A DNA stretch of 64,000 nucleotides from Clostridium sp. CAG:354_28_25 (lineage in GTDB: Bacteria > Bacillota > Clostridia > TANB77 > CAG-508). The stretch spans positions 2,780-66,779 of the forward strand of contig MNRL01000017.1 of assembly GCA_001915925.1 (NCBI GenBank), written 5' to 3'. Position 1 is the first letter of the stretch; each line of letters begins with the position of its first letter. The notes below the pieces were generated by a model. That model did no database searches. It saw nothing but the letters and a program-made list of their open reading frames with translations, and was not told where the DNA came from. Shown here one piece after another: positions 29,632-41,834 of this stretch. A program made the translations under genes and the position numbers.

Positions 29632-29703
29632 ATTGCTACGCCTCCTTTTGTCTATTATTTATTTATTCAACCTTAATATAAGCACGATTATACGTGCTTA
29701 TAT

Positions 29704-30210
29704 TTAGTTCTTTGTATTATTTTTTAACCAAGATACTGATAATTTATTTGATATTTCTTCTCTTGCCATTTCATTTGTAATTTCATAATTGTAAGGTGCT
29801 ATTAAGAATATTGAATTTGAAACTTTTTGAATGTGTCCATCTAGAGCAAAAACTCCACCACTAATAAAGTCTACAATTCTTCTTGCAACATCTTTATTTA
29901 CATATTCTAAGTTTACAATTACTGATTTTTTCTCTTTTAAAAATTCACATATTTCTTCTGATTGATCAAATGTTGTAGGTTGTGAAATTACCATTTTTAT
30001 TTGTTGAGTTTGTGGCATAGAAACAACTTTTTCTTTGTTTCTCTTTCCAAAAATTCTTCTATCTTCTATTTCATCATTTTCTTCTTCATCATATCCATCA
30101 TATGTATCGTAATCATTGTTATCATATGTTTTTTCTTCTACTTCTTCTGCGTCTCTTTCTGTATCCATTCCAAATAAATCCCATACTTTGTTCATTATAG
30201 CTCCTGCCAT
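29704..30210 (-). CDS. sepF: cell division protein SepF
   Basis: 168 aa with an acidic linker and a C-terminal SepF domain (RRIVDFISGGVFALDGHIQKVSNSIFLIAP). Confidence 0.85.
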   Translation of the reverse strand: MAGAIMNKVWDLFGMDTERDAEEVEEKTYDNNDYDTYDGYDEEENDEIEDRRIFGKRNKEKVVSMPQTQQIKMVISQPTTFDQSEEICEFLKEKKSVIVNLEYVNKDVARRIVDFISGGVFALDGHIQKVSNSIFLIAPYNYEITNEMAREEISNKLSVSWLKNNTKN

Positions 30211-30337
30211 TAAAAAAACCTCCTAATATTTCTCCTTTGTTGGTATTTGCATATAGTATCTAACTTTTTTTAATTATTGTCAATAGTTTTTTATTTTTGT
30301 AATTCATTTTTAACATTATTGTAATATTATTGTAATA

Positions 30338-31594
30338 TTATTTTATTTCTGGATTTGCTATTGTTTGTATTTCATCATACATATTTATTTTTGTACTAAC
30401 ATTTAATTCTGATGAATTATATCCCATTTCCTTTAGTTCATCAGAACTATAGTTATCTATTATTGAATAGCTATCATTTTCTTTTTCTACTTTTACAAGA
30501 ACTCTTGTTAAATATCCTGCTCTATTTCTAACTACATATGCTAAATCATTTTCCTTTATAATAGCTGTGTTAGGTACTTTATATCCTGAATATTGCCAGA
30601 ATATAATATCAAACGAAATCTTTCTATTACTTATTAATTTTTCTACATCTTTGCTTATTTTAAAAACAACTAAAACATCATCATCTGTTTGTTCCATAGC
30701 ATATTCAACACTGCTAGATATTTCATCTCCATTTGATAGACGTAAATTTAATTTATCTCCTTGTTCTATGTCATGTAATTGCTCTTTTTTTATAATCGTC
30801 GCAATGTAACATTCATAATTATTTACAACTTTTCCACATTCAGTATTTGTAGCAACTGTTTGACCTGTTTTTAAATTTAAACCTTCGAAGAAAGATCTGT
30901 TATAACTACTAAAATCATCTGGTGTTAAAACATCTTCTAATCCATCTACTTTATATGATACTACTCCACTCATTGGAGCTTTTATATATTCACTACCAGA
31001 GTTTAATTGATTCTCATAATTCTTTCTTTCCTGTATCAAATTATTTAAATAAGAACCTGCCTTACTATTTTCTCCAACAATATTTGTTTTTTTAAGTATA
31101 TAGTTTTCTATCTCTTTTTTATATTCAGCAATTTTTTGAATATTATTATTTTTAGAAATTTCTTTCAATCTTAATTCTATTTCTTCATCCAATAATTTTA
31201 TATCACCAGGAAGTATTGATGTAGTATCACTTTTTTGTGCTTCATCTATCTTTTCATCTAGTTCTTGGATTTTTTGTATAAGTTCATCTTCTCCTGTTGA
31301 ATAATATCTAAAAATATTTTCGTCTTTTGCACACTTTTCTCCTTCTGCTTTTATCTGAACTATACCATTTTTATAGTTGTTACCTTGCACTTTGGTTTCA
31401 TCTCTTATTATATACCCTTCTGCTTTTATTTCTTCTGAAATAGAACCCTGTTCTACCAAAAATACATCTGTTGGATGTGCAAATAATTGCCAAGCTGTAT
31501 ACCCAGCATATATTAGCACTGCTACAACTAATATAACTATAAAAACAATTTTTATTTTATTTGTTTTTCTTTTGCCTTCTATTTTTTCTTTCAA
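30338..31594 (-). CDS. HlyD-like membrane fusion/secretion-adaptor family protein (N-terminal TM, coiled coil, beta domain)
   Basis: The TTG start at 31594 overlaps the miaA TGA (TTGA) and is preceded by RBS GGAGGAG. Topology is TM, then a long coiled coil, then a beta-barrel-like C-terminus. Confidence 0.5.
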   Translation of the reverse strand: MKEKIEGKRKTNKIKIVFIVILVVAVLIYAGYTAWQLFAHPTDVFLVEQGSISEEIKAEGYIIRDETKVQGNNYKNGIVQIKAEGEKCAKDENIFRYYSTGEDELIQKIQELDEKIDEAQKSDTTSILPGDIKLLDEEIELRLKEISKNNNIQKIAEYKKEIENYILKKTNIVGENSKAGSYLNNLIQERKNYENQLNSGSEYIKAPMSGVVSYKVDGLEDVLTPDDFSSYNRSFFEGLNLKTGQTVATNTECGKVVNNYECYIATIIKKEQLHDIEQGDKLNLRLSNGDEISSSVEYAMEQTDDDVLVVFKISKDVEKLISNRKISFDIIFWQYSGYKVPNTAIIKENDLAYVVRNRAGYLTRVLVKVEKENDSYSIIDNYSSDELKEMGYNSSELNVSTKINMYDEIQTIANPEIK

Positions 31595-32550
31595 TTTATC
31601 TCCTCCAAGATAATTTCTATGTTCTTTTCGATTCCATCTTCTGCATCTAACCAAATCAGTTCTTTTATTGCTTTAAACCATGTAATTTGCCTTTTAGCAT
31701 ATCTTCTACTTTCTTGTTTTATTTTTTCCACCATTTCTTCATATGTACATTTATTTTCTAAGTATTGGACAACTTCTTTATATCCTAGTCCCTGCATAGC
31801 TGTAGGGAATTCGTTATACTTTTCTTTTATATTTTTAACTTCTTGAATAAGTCCCTGTTCTATCATTTTATCTACTCTAAGGTTTATTCTATCATACAAT
31901 TTACTTCTATCATAATTTATTGCAAATACTTTATAATTATATTTTGGTGGTTCTGCTCTTGAAATTTTTTCAAGTTCTGTTTTAGTTTTTCCTGTTTGAT
32001 TATATATTTCTAATATCCTTAATATTCTCTTTCTATCATTTGGGCTAATTTTAGAAGTAGCTTCTTTGTCTATTTTTTCTGCTTGTTCATATAATTTTTC
32101 TAAACCTTCTGTTCTAGCTTTTTCTTCTAAAAATTCTCTGTATTCTTTATCGAATTCTAATTCTGGGTAATTAATATTATATATTAGACTATTTATATAT
32201 AATCCTGTTCCTCCTACTACTATAGGTGTATATCCATTTTTTATTATCTCTTCAATTGCATTTTCTGCATCTGCTTTGAAATCTGCAACCGAATATCTCT
32301 CATCTGGAGAAACAATATCAATCATATAATGTTTTACACCCTGCATTTCTTCTTTTGTAACTTTAGCTGTTCCAATATCCATATCTTTATATATTTGCAT
32401 AGAATCTGCAGATACAATTTGTCCATTTATTCTTTTTGCAAGTTCTATAGATAATCCAGTTTTTCCTGAAGCAGTTGGTCCTCCTATTACTATAACATCT
32501 TTTTTTGATATTGCCTCTTCCACGTTTTCCTCCATCTTATTTTCTTTCAA
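31591..32550 (-). CDS. miaA: tRNA dimethylallyltransferase MiaA
   Basis: P-loop GGPTASGKT and the characteristic SADSMQIYKDMDIGTAK motif. The start may be TTG 32550 or ATG 32535. Confidence 0.9.
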   Translation of the reverse strand: MKENKMEENVEEAISKKDVIVIGGPTASGKTGLSIELAKRINGQIVSADSMQIYKDMDIGTAKVTKEEMQGVKHYMIDIVSPDERYSVADFKADAENAIEEIIKNGYTPIVVGGTGLYINSLIYNINYPELEFDKEYREFLEEKARTEGLEKLYEQAEKIDKEATSKISPNDRKRILRILEIYNQTGKTKTELEKISRAEPPKYNYKVFAINYDRSKLYDRINLRVDKMIEQGLIQEVKNIKEKYNEFPTAMQGLGYKEVVQYLENKCTYEEMVEKIKQESRRYAKRQITWFKAIKELIWLDAEDGIEKNIEIILEEIN

Positions 32551-34699
32551 ATTTTCTTTCTATTTCATATTTAGACATCTTTATAACAGTTGGTCTACCA
32601 TGTGGACAAGTAAATGGATTTGTTAATTTTAATAATTCATCCATTAAACTTTCTACCTCTTCTTTTGTTAAAACCATATGCGCTTTTACAGCTGCTTTAC
32701 ATGCAATTGTTGCTAAAAATTTATTTTCAATTTCTTGTTTTGCAGTTCTAGAAACAGAATTTATTTCATCTAAAGTTTCTAAGAATAAATCTCTTGTATT
32801 AAGATCTAAACATATACTTGGTGTTCCAGAAATTTTTATAGTATTGTCTCCGAATTCTTCTATTATAAATCCTGCTTTTCTAAATAGTTCCATATTTTCT
32901 TTAGCAATGTCCATTTCTTTATGTGTTAAAGTTATTATGTCTGGCAAAATCATTAATTGTGAATCTTTTTCTTCTTCTGCATAGAAATTCTTTTTTACCT
33001 TTTCAAACATAATTCTTTCATGTGCAGCATGTTGATCCATTATATACATTTCATCATCCATCTCAAAGATAATGTATGTATTAAATACTATTCCTATAAA
33101 TTTATATTGTTGTTTATATTTATAGTCATCTTCTATATTATCAAATAAAGTTGTATTGTCTTCTTTGGTAATTGCTTGTGGTTCTTGTTTTTGATTATCA
33201 TCTTCTATTTTTGGTGGTTTTGTACCAAAAATTTTAAAATACATTTCGTCAAAACTTTCTTTTTTCTCTTCTTCTTTTATATTATTATTTGTTAAATTTT
33301 CAATTTGTTTGTCTATCTCTTTACTAGCTTCTTCTAATTCTTTTATGTCTAATTTTTTATCTTCTTTAGGCTCAGTTACCACTTCTTCTGTTTTAACACT
33401 ATTATTAGTATTTTCTACTTTTGGTTCTGTTTCTACATGTGTAGTTTCTTCTACTGGATTAGTTGTAACTATTGTTTTTGTTTCTTCTGTCTTATTAATT
33501 TCTTCTTTTTCCTCTTCTTCCATTTTAAATGGATTATAATTTATATCTTTCTTACTCTTTTCTAAATCTTCTTTTATTTTTCTTTGTAATTCTAATAAAC
33601 TATTAAACCTATTATTATTAATTTCTGCTCCTATTGTACTTCTGTTTCCAAATAATGAAGTAGTTCCTAAATTATTTTTTTCTTCTCCTCTATCTGAATT
33701 TTTTATTAAATCATTTTTTAATAGTGTATCATTTACTGCATGATATACAGACTTAAATATTTTTGACTCGTCAGAAAATCTAACTTCCAATTTTGCAGGA
33801 TGCACATTTACATCTACTTTTGAAGGATCCATTTCTATATTTAAAATCGAAAATGCATATTTTCCTATTGTAAGTAGTCCTTTAAATCCTTTTTCTATTG
33901 CTCCTGATAAAGTTTTGTCTTTTACATATCTATTGTTTACAAAGAATAATTGGTTTGACCTATTTGATCTTGCTATTTCTGGTTTTCCTATAACACCTGA
34001 AATATATATATCTTCGTATGTATAATCTACTTTTAACACATTTTCCGCAATATTTTTACCGTATATACCATATATAACTGCTTGGATATCTCCATTTCCA
34101 GCTGTTTGTATAATAGTTTTTCCTGTATTAATTAGTTTGAATGCAATGTTTGGATTTACTAATGCAAGTCTTGTAATAGCATCTTCTATATAACCTGATT
34201 CTGTAAAATCTTTCTTTAAAAATTTATATCTAACTGGTGTATTAAAGAATAAATTTCTTACTGTTATTGATGTTCCTGTTTTACATCCAATTTCTTCGTG
34301 TTCTAATACTTTTCCTGCTTCTACTACTAGTCTTGTTCCTATTTCATCATTTGCTGTCTTTGTTATTAGTTCTACATTTGCAACAGCTGCAATACTTGCT
34401 AAAGCCTCGCCTCTAAAACCCATAGAGTGGATTGTCTCTATATCGCTTGCTTGTCTTATTTTACTTGTTGCATGTCTTTCGAACGCAATTTCTGTATCAT
34501 CTTTTGCAATTCCTTTACCATTATCAGTTATTCGTATAAAAGATATTCCTCCATTTTTTATTTCTACAGTTATAGCTGTTGCACCTGCATCTATTGAGTT
34601 TTCCACCATTTCTTTTACTACAGATGCTGGTCTTTCTATAACTTCACCTGCTGCTATTTTATTTATTGTTAATTCATCTAATAAAACAATATTACCCAT
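32537..34699 (-). CDS. mutL: DNA mismatch repair protein MutL
   Basis: 720 aa with an N-terminal GHKL ATPase (AAGEVIERPASVVKEMVENSIDAGAT), a variable linker and a C-terminal dimerisation/endonuclease domain (DQHAAHERI). Confidence 0.92.
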   Translation of the reverse strand: MGNIVLLDELTINKIAAGEVIERPASVVKEMVENSIDAGATAITVEIKNGGISFIRITDNGKGIAKDDTEIAFERHATSKIRQASDIETIHSMGFRGEALASIAAVANVELITKTANDEIGTRLVVEAGKVLEHEEIGCKTGTSITVRNLFFNTPVRYKFLKKDFTESGYIEDAITRLALVNPNIAFKLINTGKTIIQTAGNGDIQAVIYGIYGKNIAENVLKVDYTYEDIYISGVIGKPEIARSNRSNQLFFVNNRYVKDKTLSGAIEKGFKGLLTIGKYAFSILNIEMDPSKVDVNVHPAKLEVRFSDESKIFKSVYHAVNDTLLKNDLIKNSDRGEEKNNLGTTSLFGNRSTIGAEINNNRFNSLLELQRKIKEDLEKSKKDINYNPFKMEEEEKEEINKTEETKTIVTTNPVEETTHVETEPKVENTNNSVKTEEVVTEPKEDKKLDIKELEEASKEIDKQIENLTNNNIKEEEKKESFDEMYFKIFGTKPPKIEDDNQKQEPQAITKEDNTTLFDNIEDDYKYKQQYKFIGIVFNTYIIFEMDDEMYIMDQHAAHERIMFEKVKKNFYAEEEKDSQLMILPDIITLTHKEMDIAKENMELFRKAGFIIEEFGDNTIKISGTPSICLDLNTRDLFLETLDEINSVSRTAKQEIENKFLATIACKAAVKAHMVLTKEEVESLMDELLKLTNPFTCPHGRPTVIKMSKYEIERKFERK

Positions 34700-34844
34700 A
34701 TATTTTTTCTCCTTTTCCTATATACACTACCATTCTGCCAGAAATTATATCATTATTTTTTTAGTAACACAATAGATATATTCCGAATAAGATATATCAT
34801 ACTAAGGAAAAACTTAAGGTTAAAAGAAAAGGGAGGTAATATTT

Positions 34845-34967
34845 ATGTGTTGTAATAATGATTTATTATGGTTCATCATTCTTTTCTTAATACTTTTCTG
34901 CGGTTGTGGAAATAGTAGAAATTCTGGATGTGGATGTGACACACCATGTGACCCATGCGGTTGCTAA
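34845..34967 (+). CDS. YjcZ-like small Cys/Gly-rich sporulation peptide (40 aa: MCCNNDLLWFIILFLILFCGCGNSRNSGCGCDTPCDPCGC)
   Basis: Not in the track. A strong RBS GGGAGG sits 8 nt upstream. Central hydrophobic stretch flanked by Cys/Gly-rich ends. It is a paralogue of the adjacent ORF. Confidence 0.5.
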   Translation: MCCNNDLLWFIILFLILFCGCGNSRNSGCGCDTPCDPCGC

Positions 34968-35030
34968 CAAGCTTGCTGTTTTAATATTTTTTAACAGTTA
35001 TACTTATGCAATTTGAAAGGAGGGATTGAT

Positions 35031-35153
35031 ATGCCAGAAAATAGAGGCTGTGGATGTGGTTTCGGTTTTGGAGATGATTGCTGCACATGGATAATACTAT
35101 TAATTATAATATTCTGCTTATGTGGTGGAAATAGAAGAAACGGATGTTGCTAG
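35031..35153 (+). CDS. YjcZ-like small Cys/Gly-rich sporulation peptide (40 aa: MPENRGCGCGFGFGDDCCTWIILLIIIFCLCGGNRRNGCC)
   Basis: RBS AAAGGAGGG sits 7 nt upstream. Same length and architecture as the upstream paralogue. Confidence 0.5.
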   Translation: MPENRGCGCGFGFGDDCCTWIILLIIIFCLCGGNRRNGCC

Positions 35154-35162
35154 TTTAAATAC

Positions 35163-35206
35163 GAAACAAAACAGGCTGAGAAATTATCCTCAGCCTGTTT
35201 TGTTTT
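35163..35206. terminator. strong bidirectional intrinsic terminator
   Basis: GAAACAAAACAGGCTGAG-AAATTATC-CTCAGCCTGTTTTGTTTT: an 18-bp perfect stem with flanking A and T runs. Confidence 0.8.
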
Positions 35207-35342
35207 GTGCGACCTCTCCTTTATGCCAATAACTGGTTCGAGCAGACTAGAAGTTCCTAGCCTACTCGAACACATGTTATTTAGAAATAATCCAACCTAA
35301 TGTAACTTTTTTCAATTATTTGGCTATTTTTAGCCTAAAAAA

Positions 35343-35370
35343 GGGATTTAAGGAACGTCCCCAAAATCCC
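35343..35370. repeat. GGGATTT-palindromic repeat, copy 6 (gggatttaaggaacgtccccaaaatccc) immediately downstream of groEL
   Basis: Flanked by A(6) and a T-rich tract. Acts as the groEL terminator hairpin. Confidence 0.7.
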
Positions 35371-35385
35371 TTTTCACTTTTTTTA

Positions 35386-37331
<1,946 letters not shown>

Positions 37332-37357
37332 TACACATTACCTCCTATATATGATTA

Positions 37358-37414
37358 TTAGCACTCTTTCTTTGTGACTGCTAATAATTTATACCTTTTT
37401 TTAGCACTTGTCAA
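37358..37414 (-). promoter_or_regulatory. groESL promoter region with CIRCE (HrcA operator) inverted repeat and -35 TTGACA
   Basis: TTAGCACTC-N9-GACTGCTAA at 37358-37384, with one mismatch to the consensus TTAGCACTC-N9-GAGTGCTAA. The minus strand carries TTGACA (37414-37409) upstream. Confidence 0.8.
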
Positions 37415-37596
37415 GTATGTTTGCTAATTTTCACATAAAATTCACATTTCTGTTTTTAAGCAAGTTTTCATTATTAATTTTATTAATAAGCTCACTTTTT
37501 TATAACCAATTTTTATATTTAATAAAGACTAGAATTTGCTCTAGCCTTTATCTTATTTTCTTTTACTTTACCTCATTTTCCAAACAGGAACGTCTT

Positions 37597-39198
37597 CTAA
37601 TCAATTTCTTTTGCTGCTTTTATTAGTCCGACAAATACTGGTGCTGGTCTATTTGGTCTTGATTTTAGTTCTGGATGGAATTGAACACCAATAAAAAATG
37701 GATGTTTCTTATATTCTACTATTTCTACTAATTCTCCATTTGGTGAAATTCCAGAACATATTAAGCCTGCATTTTCTAGCATTTCTTTATATTCATTGTT
37801 ATACTCAAAGCGATGTCTATGTCTTTCGAAAATATTTTCTTTCTCATATAATTCTTTTACTTTAGTATTTTCCTTTAATAAACAAGGATATTCACCAAGT
37901 CTCATTGTTCCACCTTTTTTCTTAACTTCCTTTTGTTCATCCATTATATGTATAACTTTATTTTTAGCATTTTCATTAAACTCTTCTGAATTCACATCTT
38001 CTAACTTTAATACATTTCTTGCAAATTCTACAACTGCCATCTGCATTCCCAAACAAATTCCTAAAAATGGAATATTGTTTTCTCTAACATATTCAATTGC
38101 TGTTATCATTCCTTCTATTCCTCTATTTCCAAATCCTCCCGGAACTACAATTCCGTCATATCCTTTTAATTTTTCTTCTACATTATCTTTATTTAATTTT
38201 TCTGAATCTATTAAATCTACTTTTACTTTTACATTATTTGCATAACCTGCATGTGTTAAACTTTCTATTACTGATATATATGAATCTTCTAATTTAGTAT
38301 ATTTTCCTACAATTGCAATTTTTACTGTTTTATCTTTTATATTTTCTATCTTATTTATCATTTCTTGCCATTCAGAATTGTCTGGAATATAGTTATCTAA
38401 TCTTAGTTGGTTGCAAACAGCCCTTCCTAATCCTTCTCTTTCTAGCATAAGTGGTACTTCATATAAACATTTTACTGTTTTATTTTGGATTACATTTTCT
38501 TTTCTTACATTACAGAACAACGCTAGTTTTTCTCTTATAGAATCTGGTATATCTATTTCACTTCTGCATACTAATATGTTCGGTTTTATTCCATAAGATT
38601 GTAATTCTTTAACCGAATGTTGAGTTGGTTTTGATTTTATCTCGTTAGAGCCACTTATATATGGAAGTAGTGTAACATGAATATATAGCACATCTTCTGG
38701 ATTTTTTTCTAAGCCCACTTGTCTTATTGCTTCTATTATAGAAAGACCCTCTATATCTCCAACAGTCCCTCCTATTTCTGTAATTACTATATCAGTATCT
38801 GTATTTTCGAAACTATATATCTTTTCCTTTATTTTATTTGTTACATGTGGGATAACTTGTACTGTTTTTCCCAAATATTCTCCTTCTCTTTCTTTCTCTA
38901 AAACTTCTAAATAAATTTTTCCCATAGTAATACTAGAATCTTTAGTTAAATTTTCATCTATAAATCTTTCATAATGTCCTAAATCCAAATCTGTTTCTGC
39001 TCCATCATCTGTAACAAATACTTCTCCATGTTCATATGGGCTCATTGTTCCCGGATCTACATTTAAATATGGGTCGAATTTCTGAATAGTTACCTTATAT
39101 CCTCTATTTTTCAAAAGCCTACCTAATGATGCTGCTGTTATACCTTTTCCAAGTCCAGAAACAACTCCTCCTGTTACAAAAATATACTTAGTATTCAT
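37597..39198 (-). CDS. pyrG: CTP synthase PyrG
   Basis: Start chosen at [19 protein letters not shown] with RBS AAAGGGG. Has a C-terminal glutamine amidotransferase domain (GICLGMQ). Confidence 0.95.
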   Translation of the reverse strand: MNTKYIFVTGGVVSGLGKGITAASLGRLLKNRGYKVTIQKFDPYLNVDPGTMSPYEHGEVFVTDDGAETDLDLGHYERFIDENLTKDSSITMGKIYLEVLEKEREGEYLGKTVQVIPHVTNKIKEKIYSFENTDTDIVITEIGGTVGDIEGLSIIEAIRQVGLEKNPEDVLYIHVTLLPYISGSNEIKSKPTQHSVKELQSYGIKPNILVCRSEIDIPDSIREKLALFCNVRKENVIQNKTVKCLYEVPLMLEREGLGRAVCNQLRLDNYIPDNSEWQEMINKIENIKDKTVKIAIVGKYTKLEDSYISVIESLTHAGYANNVKVKVDLIDSEKLNKDNVEEKLKGYDGIVVPGGFGNRGIEGMITAIEYVRENNIPFLGICLGMQMAVVEFARNVLKLEDVNSEEFNENAKNKVIHIMDEQKEVKKKGGTMRLGEYPCLLKENTKVKELYEKENIFERHRHRFEYNNEYKEMLENAGLICSGISPNGELVEIVEYKKHPFFIGVQFHPELKSRPNRPAPVFVGLIKAAKEID

Positions 39199-39326
39199 AT
39201 ATATTAACCCCTTTCTAAAAAACAAAAGAGAGATTAAAAAATCGCCAAAATCGGTTTTTTTTTAATCTCTCATATTCTTAATTAATTTTCTTCATTCTAT
39301 CATACTAATTTTTATCATTCAAGTAT

Positions 39327-39716
39327 TTAAGAAATTTTATCTAATGTATATTGGAAAGTAGCTGCAAATAATGTTATTAATTTAAATAATACTGTGTATA
39401 AGATTTCTCCTATTAATGACATTATTAATGCTCCAATTAGTGCTGTAACAAATATAAATAATACTGGATGTAGCTCTGTCTTATATATTTCTTGCACTAT
39501 TATAATATACAATCTAGCAACACAAATCATTATTAATATGTAAATTATGAAACCTATAAAATTAAATTGTCCCATAATTACTGTTGATGATAAGAAATAT
39601 GCTACCTTTATAATAACAGCTGCAGCAAAAGCCTCAATTTTTTTATCTCTTTTAAAATATTCATACACTAAAATTGCTACTATTATATCAAAAACAAAAT
39701 TTAATGCTATTACCAT
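39327..39716 (-). CDS. hypothetical integral membrane protein (4 TM)
   Basis: 129-aa hydrophobic ORF. Confidence 0.4.
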   Translation of the reverse strand: MVIALNFVFDIIVAILVYEYFKRDKKIEAFAAAVIIKVAYFLSSTVIMGQFNFIGFIIYILIMICVARLYIIIVQEIYKTELHPVLFIFVTALIGALIMSLIGEILYTVLFKLITLFAATFQYTLDKIS

Positions 39717-39731
39717 GAAATTTACCTCCTT

Positions 39732-40415
39732 TTATAAATCCATTGTATTAATGATTTCTAATACTCTTTCTTCAAATTCTACTTCTTTGTCTTCGTTATT
39801 AATACTTGTCATAACAATTGTTTTCATTTGATTATCACTATTTACAATATAATATACTTTTCCTTTTTCTTCAGTTGCATCTTCTGAGTTTGTATATGTA
39901 TAATTATAAGTTACGTAGTAAATATCATCTGTAGATTTTATAAATTCTTTTGAATCTAAAGTAATTAAATAATCATCTGTAGCATTTAATTCTTCTTGAA
40001 TATCGATTTCCTGATAAGCAGCATCTGCTTCTTCTTTATTACTTAAATCAATTATGTCTTTTCCTGTTGAAATAGCATCATCTTTAACTGCTACTAAATT
40101 TCCTGTTTTTAAATCAACTAATTTTGTATAACCAGCTGTATAACTATCTACCATTGACATTTCTGTAGAATCATATGTCCAATAATCAGTTTTAGTATTT
40201 TCTGTAGTGTAGTCTATTTCACTATTTAAATCATCTATACATTGCATTGATGTTACACCTGTAACCAATGCCATTGAAATTACACAAAATAAGAATATAA
40301 CAATAACTTGATAAACTTTAATCTTTTTTTGACTTATTCCATATATAATTCCTAAAATAGCTATTATAATCATTATGATTACTACTATATGGCTTAAATA
40401 TAAACATGTCCACAT
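39732..40415 (-). CDS. hypothetical membrane-anchored protein
   Basis: 227 aa with an N-terminal TM followed by an acidic extracellular domain. Confidence 0.4.
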   Translation of the reverse strand: MWTCLYLSHIVVIIMIIIAILGIIYGISQKKIKVYQVIVIFLFCVISMALVTGVTSMQCIDDLNSEIDYTTENTKTDYWTYDSTEMSMVDSYTAGYTKLVDLKTGNLVAVKDDAISTGKDIIDLSNKEEADAAYQEIDIQEELNATDDYLITLDSKEFIKSTDDIYYVTYNYTYTNSEDATEEKGKVYYIVNSDNQMKTIVMTSINNEDKEVEFEERVLEIINTMDL

Positions 40416-40580
40416 ATTTATCTCTCCTTTTTTCGCTTTTTCTACAAATATTATACATTTTTTGCATTAATTTGTATATTTCCATAATATTACTTTTATG
40501 TTACATTTATATATCACAAGATTATAACTTTTTAATAATATGATATACTAATATAAAATTTAATTTTAGGAGGTTTATAT

Positions 40581-41300
40581 ATGACACCACATAATGAAGC
40601 TGAAATTGGCGACTTTGCAAAAACTGTTATTATGCCTGGAGATCCTTTACGTGCAAAATATATAGCAGAAAATTTTTTAGAAGATGCCAAATTAGTTAAT
40701 TCTGTTAGAAATATGTTAGCATATACAGGTTTATATAAAGGAAAAAGAATTTCTGTTATGGCACATGGTATGGGTATGCCAAGTGTTGGAATTTATTCAT
40801 ATGAATTATATAAATTTTATGATGTAGAAAATATTATAAGGATTGGTTCTTGCGGAGGATATATTAAAGAATTAGACCTATTTGATGTTGTTCTTGCAGA
40901 TGACGTCTATACAGAAGGAAATTATGCACTTACTTTTAATAATGACGATTGCCATATTTGTTCAGCAGATAAAAATCTTAATTCTATAATAAAACAAGTC
41001 GCTGACATTTCTGATATAAAAGTAACAGAAGGAAATACTGTTTGTACAGATGCTGTAGATTTTTATATGACAAACCCTAAAAAATTCTTTAATAGAATTC
41101 CCAAAAATATAAATCCTATAGCAGCAGAAATGGAAGCATTTGCATTATTCTACAATGCAAAACTTTTAAATAAAAAAGCTGCTTGTTTAATGACAGTTGT
41201 AGACTCACAATTTATAAACAAACAAGCAACACCAGAAGAACGCGAACAAGGATTAACAAAAATGATTAAAATTGCTCTAGAAGCTGGAATATTGTTATAG
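40581..41300 (+). CDS. deoD: purine nucleoside phosphorylase, DeoD type
   Basis: 239 aa. The N-terminus MTPHNEAEIGDFAKTVIMPGDPLRAKYIAE and the motif SVMAHGMGMPS match PNP/UDP family 1. Confidence 0.85.
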   Translation: MTPHNEAEIGDFAKTVIMPGDPLRAKYIAENFLEDAKLVNSVRNMLAYTGLYKGKRISVMAHGMGMPSVGIYSYELYKFYDVENIIRIGSCGGYIKELDLFDVVLADDVYTEGNYALTFNNDDCHICSADKNLNSIIKQVADISDIKVTEGNTVCTDAVDFYMTNPKKFFNRIPKNINPIAAEMEAFALFYNAKLLNKKAACLMTVVDSQFINKQATPEEREQGLTKMIKIALEAGILL

Positions 41301-41307
41301 ATTTATG

Positions 41308-41334
41308 GGGATTTGGGGACGGTCCTAAAATCCC
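41308..41334. repeat. GGGATTT-palindromic repeat, copy 7 (gggatttggggacggtcctaaaatccc) immediately after the deoD stop
   Basis: Followed by TTTTTG. Confidence 0.7.
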
Positions 41335-41402
41335 TTTTTGTATAATTTAATTAACAGCAACATTTTTGATTGCTTTTTAGATTTATAATTTTATCAAAAT
41401 TG

Positions 41403-41444
41403 AAAAAACAGCCATACCTAATCTAGGTTTATGACTGTTTTTTC
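41403..41444. terminator. bidirectional hairpin terminator
   Basis: AAAAAACAGCCATA ... TATGACTGTTTTTT. Confidence 0.5.
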
Positions 41445-41472
41445 ATTGCTTTTGCATCGAGCTTTTGAAAAG

Positions 41473-41832
41473 TTAGTGAAAGTAGAACCACCTTGCAACA
41501 TCTGTTTCTTCGCACTTTTTTAGATAGTTGAGACCAAACAAAACATTTTCAATTTGCTGTTCTGTTGGCTTCCTATATATCAGAAGCTCATTTATCTTGT
41601 TCAATATTTCTAGCAGCCTCTCATTTTTTATGGAGATAAAATAAATTACACATATAACTGCTTCCATCACAAATAGAACAATTATGTTGACATATGAAAC
41701 AAGTAATATAAACGGTGTGATAGCCACCGCCAAAAATATCTGTCTAATATTGTCAATATTCATTCTATCGTTAATCTCTTGAACAAATGGCTTAACCGTT
41801 ATATTTTTTATATTAGCTTTGTTTATTTCCAT
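41473..41832 (-). CDS. hypothetical small membrane protein (2 TM), with somewhat higher local GC
   Basis: The ATG at 41832 (MEINKANIKN...) follows the upstream stop in a TAAGGATGG arrangement. The track ORF instead uses a TTG at 41847. Confidence 0.35.
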   Translation of the reverse strand: MEINKANIKNITVKPFVQEINDRMNIDNIRQIFLAVAITPFILLVSYVNIIVLFVMEAVICVIYFISIKNERLLEILNKINELLIYRKPTEQQIENVLFGLNYLKKCEETDVARWFYFH

Positions 41833-41834
41833 CC

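Noticed and set aside
34845-35153. The two Cys-rich 40-mers were considered as RiPP or bacteriocin (sactipeptide/ranthipeptide) precursors
   Set aside because: No radical-SAM maturase, protease or ABC exporter is adjacent (the flanks are mutL and groEL). The hydrophobic core plus Cys/Gly ends fits the YjcZ-type sporulation peptides better. The RiPP idea is not fully excluded.
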